39,891 nt of DNA from Octopus bimaculoides (GCF_001194135.2 NC_068988.1:6636313-6676203); one strand, 5' to 3'; positions 25,097 through 37,434 are shown, numbered from the stretch's first letter. Notes: generated from the sequence alone by a model not told the origin. Translations and numbers: made by a program.

Positions 25097-25696
25097 CGCA
25101 CATCGGTGCAAATAATACAAACACCATAGCTATTGAATATATCAGTCAAACGACATTTTTTTCTTTGAAATTAAGATGCAAAAATGATTTGGGAATCAAG
25201 CGATATTACTCTCAAAAGAAAAAGCTAAAATTAATGAGGCATCAAATCTTTTGTCTCCGCTTTAGTCATCGGATGTTCTTGGCGGAGGGATTACAATAGA
25301 GCGAGTCATTAACATGAAAATGTTCAATTTTTCTTTTCCGGCTTTCGTACCTCAATTATCGAAAGAATAAGCCATTGACGACGATTCTGTTGAGACTTGA
25401 GTAAAGTATTTTTGTCATGAGATCTCCCTTTATAATTAGACATGAAGGGTTTGAATTAAGAAGAAAACGGCTTTCATTACAAGAATATAAAATAATAAAA
25501 GTTCTTAGCTGTAGATTCTTTGTAGACGTGAACATTTCCTACCAGCGCGGTTATAATTGCGTATCTTTCATTCATATGTGTGTGTGTGTGTACTGTATAT
25601 ATTTGTGTGTGTGTGTGTGTGTGTATACTGGTAACATACACAGGTATTTATGCGTACACACATAGATATATACGTATATATATATATGTATATATA

Positions 25697-25896
25697 GTGG
25701 AGGCGCAATGGCCCAGTGGTTAGGGCAGTGGACTCGCGGTCTTCGGATCGCGGTTTCGATTCCTAGACCGGCCGTTGTGAGTGTTTATTGAGCGAAAACA
25801 CCTAAAGCTCCACGAGGCTCCGGCAGGGGATGGTGGCGAACGCTGCTGTACTCTTCCACCACAACTTTCTCTCACTCTTACTTCCTGTTTCTGTTG
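25697..25896 (+). mobile_element. tRNA-derived SINE family F, 3' part in a gap
   Basis: ggaggcgcaatggcccagtggttagg...gtttcgattcc; homologous to 35833-36180 and 29282-29681. Confidence 0.9.
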
Positions 25897-26675
25897 NNNN
25901 NNNNNNNNNNNNNNNNNNNNNNNNNNNNNNNNNNNNNNNNNNNNNNNNNNNNNNNNNNNNNNNNNNNNNNNNNNNNNNNNNNNNNNNNNNNNNNNNNNNN
26001 NNNNNNNNNNNNNNNNNNNNNNNNNNNNNNNNNNNNNNNNNNNNNNNNNNNNNNNNNNNNNNNNNNNNNNNNNNNNNNNNNNNNNNNNNNNNNNNNNNNN
26101 NNNNNNNNNNNNNNNNNNNNNNNNNNNNNNNNNNNNNNNNNNNNNNNNNNNNNNNNNNNNNNNNNNNNNNNNNNNNNNNNNNNNNNNNNNNNNNNNNNNN
26201 NNNNNNNNNNNNNNNNNNNNNNNNNNNNNNNNNNNNNNNNNNNNNNNNNNNNNNNNNNNNNNNNNNNNNNNNNNNNNNNNNNNNNNNNNNNNNNNNNNNN
26301 NNNNNNNNNNNNNNNNNNNNNNNNNNNNNNNNNNNNNNNNNNNNNNNNNNNNNNNNNNNNNNNNNNNNNNNNNNNNNNNNNNNNNNNNNNNNNNNNNNNN
26401 NNNNNNNNNNNNNNNNNNNNNNNNNNNNNNNNNNNNNNNNNNNNNNNNNNNNNNNNNNNNNNNNNNNNNNNNNNNNNNNNNNNNNNNNNNNNNNNNNNNN
26501 NNNNNNNNNNNNNNNNNNNNNNNNNNNNNNNNNNNNNNNNNNNNNNNNNNNNNNNNNNNNNNNNNNNNNNNNNNNNNNNNNNNNNNNNNNNNNNNNNNNN
26601 NNNNNNNNNNNNNNNNNNNNNNNNNNNNNNNNNNNNNNNNNNNNNNNNNNNNNNNNNNNNNNNNNNNNNNNNNNN

Positions 26676-26720
<45 letters not shown>

Positions 26721-26744
26721 TGTGTGTGTGTGTCTGTGTGTGTA

Positions 26745-27055
26745 TGAAGGCGAGTGGGCTAGTTGTTAGGGTGTTGCATTCAGGATTGTGCGATCGTGGG
26801 TTCGATTCTAGGATCGGCGAGTGCGTTTTGTTCTTGTGCAAAACACTTCATTTCAGGTTGCTCTGCAAATCTTTTCGACATCTGATGAGTGGTACACTTG
26901 TGCACCTGTACAAGCAATGCCGATTTCATGGTGGGAGTGACCCACCACAATGCAGAGCAACAGCACAAACATTTGACCACTGCAAATATATCATTTGTGC
27001 AGGTCGTTCACCCAAACACGGAACACTCATATGTCGCTTTCGACACGAGATTTCA
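26745..27055 (+). mobile_element. SINE family D head with a long structured tail
   Basis: gaaggcgagtgggctagttgttagg...ggttcgattc...gttcttgtgcaaaacacttcatttca; tail shared with 10880-11010. Confidence 0.8.
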
Positions 27056-27061
27056 TAATAT

Positions 27062-27121
<60 letters not shown>

Positions 27122-27588
27122 NNNNNNNNNNNNNNNNNNNNNNNNNNNNNNNNNNNNNNNNNNNNNNNNNNNNNNNNNNNNNNNNNNNNNNNNNNNNNNN
27201 NNNNNNNNNNNNNNNNNNNNNNNNNNNNNNNNNNNNNNNNNNNNNNNNNNNNNNNNNNNNNNNNNNNNNNNNTATATATATATATATATATATATATATT
27301 TACACAAGTCTGACTGCTTGCTGACTTTTGTAGGCAGAATCTGATGTCTTCAGCTGTTGCACCAACAGCATTTTTATAATTCTTAGTTTTGGGCCCACCC
27401 CAAATTCACACACGCACACACATGTGTATGTGTGTGTGTAAATATATATATATTCACCATCAAATACACTTTTATGCAGAGACACGTGCATGCATACAAA
27501 CAAACACCTGCACACATACCCACACATTTCTACCGAAATATAGCAACTTCTTTCACTCCCCCCCACACACGCACACACACACATTCAT

Positions 27589-27624
<36 letters not shown>

Positions 27625-27743
27625 ACACAGATGCATTCATTGTTGTCTTGTATATTCTTGTCATTAAGTGCAGTTGAGCAGAATACACAGTTATTTCAAA
27701 CATAGTTTAAATATATAGCTCCACATACAGATATGTATATACC

Positions 27744-27774
<31 letters not shown>

Positions 27775-27795
27775 GNNNNNNNNNNNNNNNNNNNN

Positions 27796-27862
<67 letters not shown>

Positions 27863-28640
27863 GCATTTATTATACAATCTGAATGACCTAAATCCTATCT
27901 CTGCAATTGTTTATTGTTTAAGTAGAAGCTGTTTATTTTATTATTTTTAGATGCGAGGAATAGCAGTGAAGAGCGGCCAATCGACTGGTTGCTGCTGCTG
28001 CTGTTGAAGTTGTGGTTGTGCTTGTTGTTGTTGTAGGGATCGAGTTTAAGCGGGCCTACGTTCAAATGTGTCCAGCCATAACAATCCTTCGTCATAAATG
28101 AGGAAGTCGCCGGAACTCTTCTCTTTTATTCACTCATGACAAAGTGTTATTTGAGGAAGATTCAACTGCTATTTCTAACAGGCCAGACAACCGCATAGAA
28201 GCCCCCTAGTTGATGGTTGTGGATTCTTTTTCTTCTCCAGATTAGACCCATATTAACTTTGATCGAACAGACCTGTGATCCAAACTTTTCCCGTATTTGT
28301 CTCAGGTACAATATACCTAGGAATTCATTTTCAAATGTGTCCTGTCTTTCTAACAACATCGTGTGATGATCTGAGAATTACCTGGCTGATATTACTAAAT
28401 ATATCCCTATAAAATACTGTTAGGTTTCCCAGAAAATAAAGATTTTGGCTCCTCGGAGAAAAACAAATTTTGGTTAGCATTCGACACCTCGACTCGAACA
28501 CGAATCACCCGAATGTCTTCTAGGTGTATATGCAAGACCCAGTCGAATGTCCGTTGTTCAGTTCAATATTTCTTTTCTACGAGCATTTTAGGAACTGGCA
28601 CGCTACGATTGCTTAAGAACCGAATTATGGGGCTCTAGAA

Positions 28641-28847
28641 GGCAGCGAGCTGGCAGAATCGTTAGCACGCCGGACGAAATGCTTAGCGGTAATTGATCTG
28701 CCGTTACGTTCTGAGTTCAAATTTCGCCGTGGTCGACTTTGCCTTTCATCCTTTCGGGGTCGATAAATTAAGTACCAGTTACTCACTAGTACTTAATCAA
28801 CTATCACACCCCTGTAAATTTCAGGCCTTGGACCTGTAGTAGAAAGG
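28641..28847 (+). mobile_element. SINE family C with target-site duplication
   Basis: TSD attatggggc(t/a)ctagaa at 28624-28640 and 28848-28864. Confidence 0.92.
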
Positions 28848-28959
28848 ATTATGGGGCACTAGAACAGCATTTTCCTTCTATATTTTATAATAATCATTTG
28901 TTTGTTGTTTCATCATGTAATGAAGTAAAAAAAAAAAAAGATATATAATTCCTTCCCGT

Positions 28960-29165
28960 GTCATATAGATTCATAGGGCAGGTTTCCTAGTCGCATATAT
29001 TCACCTTGGACGATGCACCGGTCCTCCGCAGGATAACATTTGCCAACTGAGTGATCTCGAGTAACGTGGAATAAAAAGATTTCCTGAAGAATGAAACGCG
29101 TCGCCTGGTCCAGGAATCGAAACCATAATCTTTAGACCATGAATTCAACATCTTAACCACTTATT
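28960..29165 (-). mobile_element. SINE family D, degenerate
   Basis: Minus strand gtggttaagatgttg...ggtttcgattcctgg head; tail like that of 7878-8100. Confidence 0.65.
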
Positions 29166-29281
29166 CAAGTGTCTTTACAAAGTATATATTTAGCAAAATA
29201 CAATTTATTAAACGACCAACCAATGAGTCGTGGGTAAAAAAAAAAAATAATGCTATTTATATGATTCTTGTCCCACATATG

Positions 29282-29681
29282 TTGTGTGTTGGCACTCCGT
29301 CGCTTACGACGTCGAGGGTTCCAGTTGATCCGAACAACGGAACAGCCTGCTCGTGAAATTAACGTGCAAGTGGCTGAGCACTCCACAGACACGTGTACCC
29401 TTAACACAGTTGTCGGGAATATTCAGCGTGACACAGTGTGACAAGGCTGACCCTTTGAATTACAGGCATGCTACGATTGGACCTGTAGTAGAAAGGATTA
29501 TGGGGCACTAGAACAGCATTTTCCTTCTATATTTTATAATAATCATTTGTTTCTGCCGGAGCCTTGTGGAGCTTTAGGTGTTTTCGCTCAATAAACACTC
29601 ACAACGCCCGGTCTGGGAATCGAAACCGCGATGCTATGACCGCGAGTCCGCTGCCCTAACCACTGGGCCATTGCGCCTCCA
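29282..29681 (-). mobile_element. SINE family F with a perfect 14-bp TSD, interrupted by a templated insertion
   Basis: TSD ttgtcccacatatg at 29268-29281 and 29682-29695. Head 29553-29681, tail 29282-29464; 29465-29552 is copied from 28597-28611 and 28828-28903. Confidence 0.9.
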
Positions 29682-30049
29682 TTGTCCCACATATGATACA
29701 GGGAAAACATAGTTTGGTACTCATATTAGAATTAAAATATATTGGGACGCTGGGACAAAACGTGAAACGGGCTCTAAAACCTACATATTAAGGACTGAAG
29801 ATGTTTCCCTCTTCATTTATCGGTTTCGCGAGGCGAAATTTTTTAACACCTATGATCCTCGTACGTTTACCATGTTCGGTGAGATCGACGTAGTTAAAAT
29901 TACCCTCAAACGCTTCTGCTATATAATTCATGTGGGAAGATGTTCCATGTTTAATTTAATGAAAGTTGTTTTTACTTCTGTTTAATACAAGACGTGAGCA
30001 TTGTCTTTAATCCTTGGACTTATAGGCTAGGCCGGCCACCTATTGTAGA

Positions 30050-30365
30050 TCATAATATCTACTCTGAACGGCACACCAGTCGGTCGCAGGGTTACTCATA
30101 TACAGCTAAGTTGACTGGACCAACAAAATGAAATGTTTTGCTGAACGACATAAAGCACCGGTCGATCGGGGAATCGAAACCCAGAGCTTACTCTCATGAA
30201 TGCAACTTACTAACTACGAGAGATATTTATTTTATCGACTCCGAAAAGATGAAGGGCAAAGCGGACGAAATACCATTATCGACCCCGAAACGATGAAAGA
30301 GAAAGTCGAACGAAATACCACTAAGAATTTTGTCCGAAGTTCTAAACATTATGCCAACTTGCTGC
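30050..30365 (-). mobile_element. Degenerate family D head (30050-30215) and degenerate family C (30220-30365)
   Basis: gggaatcgaaaccc (reverse B box); ttatcgac.ccgaaa.gatgaa occurs twice in tandem. Confidence 0.6.
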
Positions 30366-30777
30366 CTTTCATCTTCTCAGGTATTAAAGGCTGAAACACG
30401 CAGACTAAATGCACTTCCGGTTTTGGTCATTTCCTTTCTGTCTACACACAGATTTTAAACAAGAACGTTGAGGAGATGTGAAGCAATTACGAGGAAGCGA
30501 CAGAGAAGATTTGTCAATTAAATACAACCAAATATTTAATATATTTGATATAAAGTTGCACTTTACGGTCTCCACCATCGCCATAATCACTGAAGAACAT
30601 TTGTGAAACAATATAAAACCTTTTAGCTTATTAGTCTTTGTTCACTTATTATCTCTCTCTTTCTCTCTCTCTCTCTCTCATGTTCTCTGTCTCTCTCTCT
30701 TTTTCACTCCTCCGTTAAGTGTATACTGTATGTGTGCTAGCGTACGTGTTAATGAGTGTGTTTATGTATGTGTGTAT

Positions 30778-30810
<33 letters not shown>

Positions 30811-31277
30811 NNNNNNNNNNNNNNNNNNNNNNNNNNNNNNNNNNNNNNNNNNNNNNNNNNNNNNNNNNNNNNNNNNNNNNNNNNNNNNNNNNNNNNNNNN
30901 NNNNNNNNNNNNNNNNNNNNNNNNNNNNNNNNNNNNNNNNNNNNNNNNNNNNNNNNNNNNNNNNNNNNNNNNNNNNNNNNNNNNNNNNNNNNNNNNNNNN
31001 NNNNNNNNNNNNNNNNNNNNNNNNNNNNNNATACATATGTATGTAGATGTATGCCCTTCTCCACCTTCCTCTTCGCCTGTCACTCTCTCTCTCTCTCTCT
31101 CTCTCTCTCCCGGCTGTCTTTCTCTCTCGTTTTCTCCGTCAGTAAAACCCACTCGACGAAGATATCTTTCAAGTGGCCGACTCATTGTTTGCATTTGTTT
31201 ACACTGAAGTGTTTGCAGTTGTAGCAATGCGAAAATTTTGAATGAATAAAGATCTGGGTGTCGCTAATAATAGCGAT

Positions 31278-31359
<82 letters not shown>

Positions 31360-31365
31360 GTGGTG

Positions 31366-31740
31366 ATGTGTCGATTATCTTAACACAAGTGTTCAGCTGG
31401 TACTTAATTCATCGACCCCGAAGATGTGAAAGGCAAAGTCCACGTCGGTGGAATGGAAACTCAGAACGTAATGACGGACGAAACGCCGCTAAGCATTTAG
31501 TCCGGTGCACTAACGATTTTGACAGCTCACTGCCTTAATAATAATTGTAATAATCTCTGCTATTTATGCACAAGGCGTGAAATTAGAGGAGGGAGTAAGT
31601 CGATAACATCGATCCCAGTACTCGACTGGTACTTAATTTATCGCTCCCGAAAGGACGAAAGGCAAAGTCGAACTCGGCGGATTTTGAACTCTAAGCATTT
31701 CGTGCAACGCCTTAACGATTCTGACAGCTCGCCATCTTCA
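31366..31740 (-). mobile_element. Two SINE family C copies
   Basis: 31366-31535 and 31545-31740, preceded by (GAC/GAT)n at 31276-31360. Confidence 0.85.
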
Positions 31741-31742
31741 CC

Positions 31743-31796
<54 letters not shown>

Positions 31797-31798
<2 letters not shown>

Positions 31799-32295
31799 CA
31801 TACGACCACAAACCTGAAGGCATCGTCGAAAATGGAAATGCAAAGATCCTGTTGGATTTTATAATTCAGTTTGACCATGAGATAGAGAATAGGAAGCCGG
31901 ACATAGTCTTAATTGAGAAAGAAAACAAACTATGCTGGATCATAGACATAGCATGCCTAGCTGACAAGATATGCGATAAGGAAGAAAGAAAAGTCGAGAG
32001 ATATGACAGGTTAGCTTGGGAGGTTAAGCAGTTGTGGTCGATGAAAAAGGTGGTAGTAGTACCAATAATTATCGGAGCCCTGGGTACAGTGAGTAAAAAT
32101 CTTGAGAATTACATGGAACAAATAGGGGCTGCAATAAGGGTGCAGCATTTGTAGAAAACAGCACTGCTTGGAACCGCTTGAATACTTCGGAAGGTGCTCG
32201 AAAAATAAGGGCTGTTATCTTAGTTCACTGATAACAGCTGAGACTGTAGCACATCTCTAGTGTTAGAAGCTGTGCAAAGGCAATGATAATAATAA
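31797..32295 (+). mobile_element. 5'-truncated R4/Dong-clade LINE 3' end inserted in (AAT)n
   Basis: YDHKPEGIVENGNAKILLDFIIQFDHEIENRKPDIVLIEKENKLCWIIDIAC...VVVVPIIIGALGTV...L*KTALLGTA*ILRKVLEK*. (AAT)n lies 5' (31743-31797) and aatgataataataat 3'. Dong elements are known to target TAA repeats. Confidence 0.93.
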
Positions 32296-32750
32296 TCCTT
32301 TCTAGACGTATAAGGCCTGAAATTTGGGGGTGGAGAATAGTCATTTCATCGGCCCTAGTTTTTCACTGGTACTTAATTTATCGACCCCGAAAGGATGAGA
32401 TGCAAAGTCGATCTGAGTAGATATGGAACTCAGACGACGAGGGTCCCAGCTGATAAGACCAACGGAACACTCCACCGCCTGAGCACTCCACCGCCTGAGC
32501 ACTCCACCGCCTGAGCACTCCACCGACACGTATACCCTTATCGTAGTCCTTGGGGAGATTCCGCGTAACACAAAGTGTGACAAGGCTGGCCCCTTTGAAT
32601 TACAGGTACTACTTATATTTGCCAGCTGAGTGAACTGGAGCAATGTGAAATAAAGTGTCTTGCTCAAGGACATAACGCGTCACCGGGAATTGAACTAACG
32701 ACTTAAGGTCGTAAGCCGGATGCCCCAACCACTAAGCCACGCGCCTTCAC
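32296..32750 (-). mobile_element. Family C 3' half (32296-32435) plus a chimeric SINE with family D head and family F tail (32436-32750)
   Basis: Minus head tgaaggcgcgtggcttagtggtt...gtccttgagcaagacactttatttcac joined to cctgtaattcaaagggccagccttgtcacac, the tail seen at 36000-36180. Confidence 0.85.
32468..32525. repeat. 16-bp minisatellite (CACTCCACCGCCTGAG) x3.6 inside a SINE tail
   Basis: Perfect units at 32468, 32484 and 32500; partial unit at 32516. Confidence 0.95.
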
Positions 32751-32751
32751 T

Positions 32752-32757
32752 ATATAA

Positions 32758-32800
<43 letters not shown>

Positions 32801-33470
32801 CATATACACATACATATATATATATATATCCATATATGTATGTATACATATATATGCATATATATACATGGATATATATATATATATATATGTATATATA
32901 CGTATATATGTGTATATATATATATGTGTATATATATATAGATATATATATATATATATGCCTATATATATATATATATATAATGTATATATATATATAC
33001 ATATAATGCATGTATTTACATTTGAGTTTACATGTGTGTATATATTTGCGAGAGTGTATGATATGCGCTTACATATTTGCTCATATATAGTATATATAAA
33101 CATATACACACATATACATACAGATATATATATACATACACATATGTGTGTATAAGTGTGAAAATATGTGTGTATTTGTATATTTGTGCTGTATAACTTT
33201 GTGTAATTACACACACACAAACACGCACACACACACACACACACATACACACACACACTTATATTCACACTTAAACACACATATGTATATACATGTATGT
33301 GCGTGTGCGTATTACATCTGCCAGAGGACAACACGTGCATGTCTATATTCTCATCTTCGTTTCTGATGTGTATTTATATACACTTGCTCACGTAAGTTTG
33401 TATAATGTGTGCTTGTGTGTGCTTGTGTGTGTGTGTGTGTGTGTGTGTGTATACGAGTATGTGTATGTGT
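32752..33470. repeat. (TA)n/(CA)n/(TG)n mosaic
   Basis: Direct reading. Confidence 0.95.
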
Positions 33471-33898
33471 GTTAGAGCTATATGAGTTTAATTGACTCAT
33501 AGATATATATATATGACAAGACAGCTTATTGTTTCGTACACATGGCGTTTTCTATTGAAGTGTTGCTTTTGAATAATCGACGCAGCTGCTGTAGTTGTAT
33601 GGCTTCTCGATCTGTGACATTTGAAAAACACTTGCAAGGCTGCAGCCGTCATCCTGACCACCGCCACCACCACCACCGCGGCCACGGCCACGGCTGGCAC
33701 CACCAGCATCAACTCTATGAGTCCCACTAGCACCAGCATCATCATCAGCATCATTATCAACGTCACCATCATCACCATTGCAACTAGTATTACTTTCATT
33801 TCTTATCATCACTTGTTTGGATGCAGCATAATCGACATACGTAATAAATCTTACGAACTTCTCTACCGACATGGCTTCAACCACCCCTTCCAACCCCG

Positions 33899-33938
<40 letters not shown>

Positions 33939-34519
33939 ATATATTCTTTCATTCTATTATACTGTTATTCGTATATTTCTTTCAGTAATTTGACTGCCGC
34001 CATGCTGGAGCACCGCCTTTAGTCGAACAAACCGATCCCAGGACTTATTCTTTGTAAGCCTTAGTACTTATTCTATCGGGTTTTTTGCCGAACCGCTACG
34101 TTTCGGAGAAGCAAACTCTCCAACATCGGTTGTCAAGCGATGGTGGGGTGACAAACACGACTTTTTATTTGTCACTTTCTCGAGCATCAAACTATTACAC
34201 CTGCTTGTTGTTCATACACCTGTCTTCGTCTTTTGTTTTTCTACAAATTTCAACTATTTATATANNNNNNNNNNNNNNNNNNNNNNNNNNNNNNNNNNNN
34301 NNNNNNNNNNNNNNNNNNNNNNNNNNNNNNNNNNNNNNNNNNNNNNNNNNNNNNNNNNNNNNNNNNNNNNNNNNNNNNNNNNNNNNNNNNNNNNNNNNNN
34401 NNNNNNNNNNNNNNNNNNNNCCAACACCCAAACCCATGGTATATGATCATCTAAACAGCATAATCTTTATAAGCATGCTTTTTAATTCTTTGTCCGTTTC
34501 CTCGCACACTGTTATTTTC

Positions 34520-34630
34520 TACAATGAAAGGCAAAGTCGACCTTGATGGAAATTGAACGCAGAACGTAGTGACGAGCAAAATACCGCTAAGCATTTCGCC
34601 CGGCGTGCTAACGTTTCTGCCAGTCCACCC
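34520..34630 (-). mobile_element. SINE family C 5' half
   Basis: atgaaaggcaaagtcgacc...aaataccgctaagcatttcgcccggcgtgctaacgtttctgcc. Confidence 0.85.
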
Positions 34631-34631
34631 A

Positions 34632-34985
34632 GGAGATCAACGCATCATCACGAAAGAAATAGAAAAAATTGATAAATATGGAAACCTGAGAATTGAGATT
34701 GCTAAGATGTGGTAGGTACGAGAGTCGAACATAAAGGTTATCCCTATTGTCATCGGAGCATTGGGTTCAATACCACCCAATCGGAAATAACATCTGGAAA
34801 CTTTTGAAATACCCTACAATCTAGGTGTATTGCAAAAATCGGCATTACTTGGAACTGCACGTATATTGCGTAAAGTATTGTCTATCGGAGGGTCCTTGTT
34901 CTGACTTGACAAACAGTACGAACCCCTGGTAGACACAATATCTTCAATCAAGAACCTCACGATATTGGATACTGTGCGACGTCTA
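34632..34985 (+). mobile_element. Second R4/Dong-clade LINE family, 3' end
   Basis: GDQRIITKEIEKIDKYGNLRIEIAKMW*...KVIPIVIGALGSIP...LQKSALLGTARILRKVLSI; the 3' UTR ends in a trinucleotide tract. Confidence 0.9.
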
Positions 34986-35031
34986 TAATGATAACAACAA
35001 AAACAACAACGACGACGACGACGACGATGAC

Positions 35032-35069
<38 letters not shown>

Positions 35070-35070
<1 letters not shown>

Positions 35071-35250
35071 AAACTTTCTACTAAAAGCACAAGACACGAA
35101 ATTTTGGAGGAGGAGACTAGTCGAGTACATCGACCCCAGTGTTTCACTTGTACTTAATTTATCGTACCAGTGAAACACTGGGGTCGATGCAATCAGCTAG
35201 CATCTCCCCCTATAGACGCAGTCCCTGTGCCAAACTTTCAAACCAATAAT
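35070..35250. mobile_element. Two SINE family C 3' halves fused in inverted orientation
   Basis: Arms 35128-35153 and 35164-35189 are reverse complements (25/26); a different tail on each side runs into (GAT)n or (AAT)n. Confidence 0.85.
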
Positions 35251-35271
35251 AGTAACAACAACAACAACAAC

Positions 35272-35345
<74 letters not shown>

Positions 35346-35832
35346 TAGCAATAATTATTATAGTGCTCCTAATGGGGGCAATATAACATGATATTGTGGA
35401 AGAACCAATAGATTACTTTAAAACTACTTGAGATTCTTTACTCAGCTGCATTATCAGGAATTGTCGGAGACATGGAACTTTCTAGACGGTGTTTAATAAA
35501 TTCGATTGGTAATTAATTACAAAGCAGACAAATATACAATCTCATACACATGCGCGAACTATCTTTACAAAGCACACATTCACACACACACACGCACACA
35601 AACACACACATTCACACATATGATTGTATGTGTATATCCATGAATGCATATACGCATGTATGCACACACACACACATACACACACACACACATATATATA
35701 TATATATGCATATATATATACATTCATGGTTATACCCATACAATCATAATTAATTTTCTGTGTATATATCTATGTATATATCGTTCGCACATGCGTTTGT
35801 GGTTGCATTTCCGTCTCTCTCTCCATGTGTCT

Positions 35833-36180
35833 GTGGAGGCGCAATGCCCCAGTGGTTAGGGCAGCGCACTCGTGGTCGTCGGATCACGGTTTCGATTCCC
35901 AGACCGGGCGTTGTGAGTCTCCGGCAGGGAGTGGTGGCGAACCCTGCTGTACTCTTTCACCACAACTTCCTCTCACTCTTACTTCCTGTTTCTGTTCTAC
36001 CTGTATTCAAAGGGTCAGCCTTGTCACACTCTGTGTCACGCTGAATCTCTCCGAGAACTACGTTAAGGGGTACACGTGTCAGTGGAATGCTCGGCCACTT
36101 GCACGTTAATTTCGCGAGCAGGCTGTTCTGTTAATCGGATCAACTGGAACACTCGTCGTCGTAACCGACGGAGTGGCACG
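35833..36180 (+). mobile_element. SINE family F, near full length (internal deletion after the head)
   Basis: tRNA-like head; tail ends gtcgtaaccgacggagtggcacg followed by (AT)n; lacks gtttattgagcgaaaacacctaaagctccacgagg present at 25780-25820. Confidence 0.9.
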
Positions 36181-36917
36181 ATATATATATATAAATGTAT
36201 ATATATATGAGTAGGTGTATGTGTATACAAACGTATAGTTTTCATATTTCACTGTCTCTGTAACTGAGATTCATACCTGTATACCACAAGGTATCTATTT
36301 TTATCAGCATATACACTCTTTCCTTCTGAACAAGGAATTATTTTCGATTTTCTGGGTAAGCGCTAGGCGATACCATTGACACGTATATTGGACTTGTACT
36401 TTACTTTATCGACCCTGAGATTGTGAAAGGCAAAGTTGACTACTTTACACTTACGTAAATTAAACTTGGAAATTCAAAGTTCTTGCGCGTAAACTCCAAA
36501 TCCAAGAAAAATTATCAAGAAACCCACTAATGCGAATGCTTAATCCCTTAGGATGATTAAATGAGGACCACATTCAAACGAAGTGTAGGGCCTTCTTCCC
36601 GTTTACATCAATTCAATGTTTATAGTACGCCAATTAATCCCCATTAATTTTGCGATACTCCATAACATTAACTCCACATCGATACCTGCCTCTTCAAAAA
36701 ATAATTCATAACGATGATGTTAAAAGAACATGACCACGGAGGAACATTTCTGCCCTCAGAGCTTTCAACGACATCCATTACACTGTGTCTCTCTTGAAAA
36801 TCACCAAACAGAGACGTGCTGCTAGCCTTTCCTTTCTAACGGACTGACTGCAGTTGACTTGAAGAGACAATATACACAAAGACAAATCTAATAAGTTATT
36901 CATATGAAAGTATATGT

Positions 36918-37190
36918 GAAGGCGCGTGGCCTAGTGGTTAGGCTGTTGCCCTCACGATCGCAAGATCTTGGGTTCGATTCCCTGGTTGGGTGGTGCGTTG
37001 TGTTCTTGAACAAAACGCTCCATTTCAGGTTGATCCAGTCCCCGTTTCGATCAGTGGGGGTGGAAAAGTGTTGCGCCCGCTCACCTAGCTAGCGGGGTAG
37101 CGTCATTTGAAGACTAAGACAATGCAAAAACAAATGCATTGTGATCAGCGATGTGTAACAACATGATGAAAGTATGTTTACATACGTGGT
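36918..37190 (+). mobile_element. SINE family D head with another tail type
   Basis: gaaggcgcgtggcctagtggttagg...ggttcgattccc...gtgttcttgaacaaaacgctccatttca; tail agcggggtagcgtcatttgaag... Confidence 0.8.
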
Positions 37191-37434
37191 ATCCTGAAAA
37201 GAACGCTTTAGCAAAAGATCTCCATTGTGCTGATGATGGTGGCAATGGACAGAGCGGGTACCATTGGAACTCGTCTCTTCTGCAAAACTCAAAATGCTAG
37301 GCCCTTTAAATTGGTGACGTGGTGCAAAGTCATGCAGACCCTAACGGTCAGAAAATAAAACAAAAAGACAATGTAGATCGTTTCAACACCCCCGTCCTTC
37401 AGGCATAATTCTCTCACAGCTAATCTTAAATTAA

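Noticed and set aside
25697-25775. tRNA genes at SINE heads (also 35833, 36918, 3290-3366)
   Set aside because: They have A and B boxes but no intact cloverleaf, and run directly into SINE bodies.
26881-26900. CTGATGAG as a hammerhead core or C/D snoRNA C box
   Set aside because: No stem II-GAAA-stem III and no terminal D box; it lies within a SINE tail.
28241-28305. Plus-strand exon candidate with a strong acceptor (IRPILTLIEQTCDPNF...)
   Set aside because: Weak donor (gtacaa), no homology, and the sequence looks repeat-derived.
32468-32525. CRISPR-like short repeats
   Set aside because: The tandem units have no spacers, and the context is eukaryotic with no cas genes.
36690-36850. ISALRAFNDIHYTVSLLKITKQRRAASLSF, like a Jockey/CR1 post-RT region
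   Set aside because: Too short and degenerate to support a feature call.
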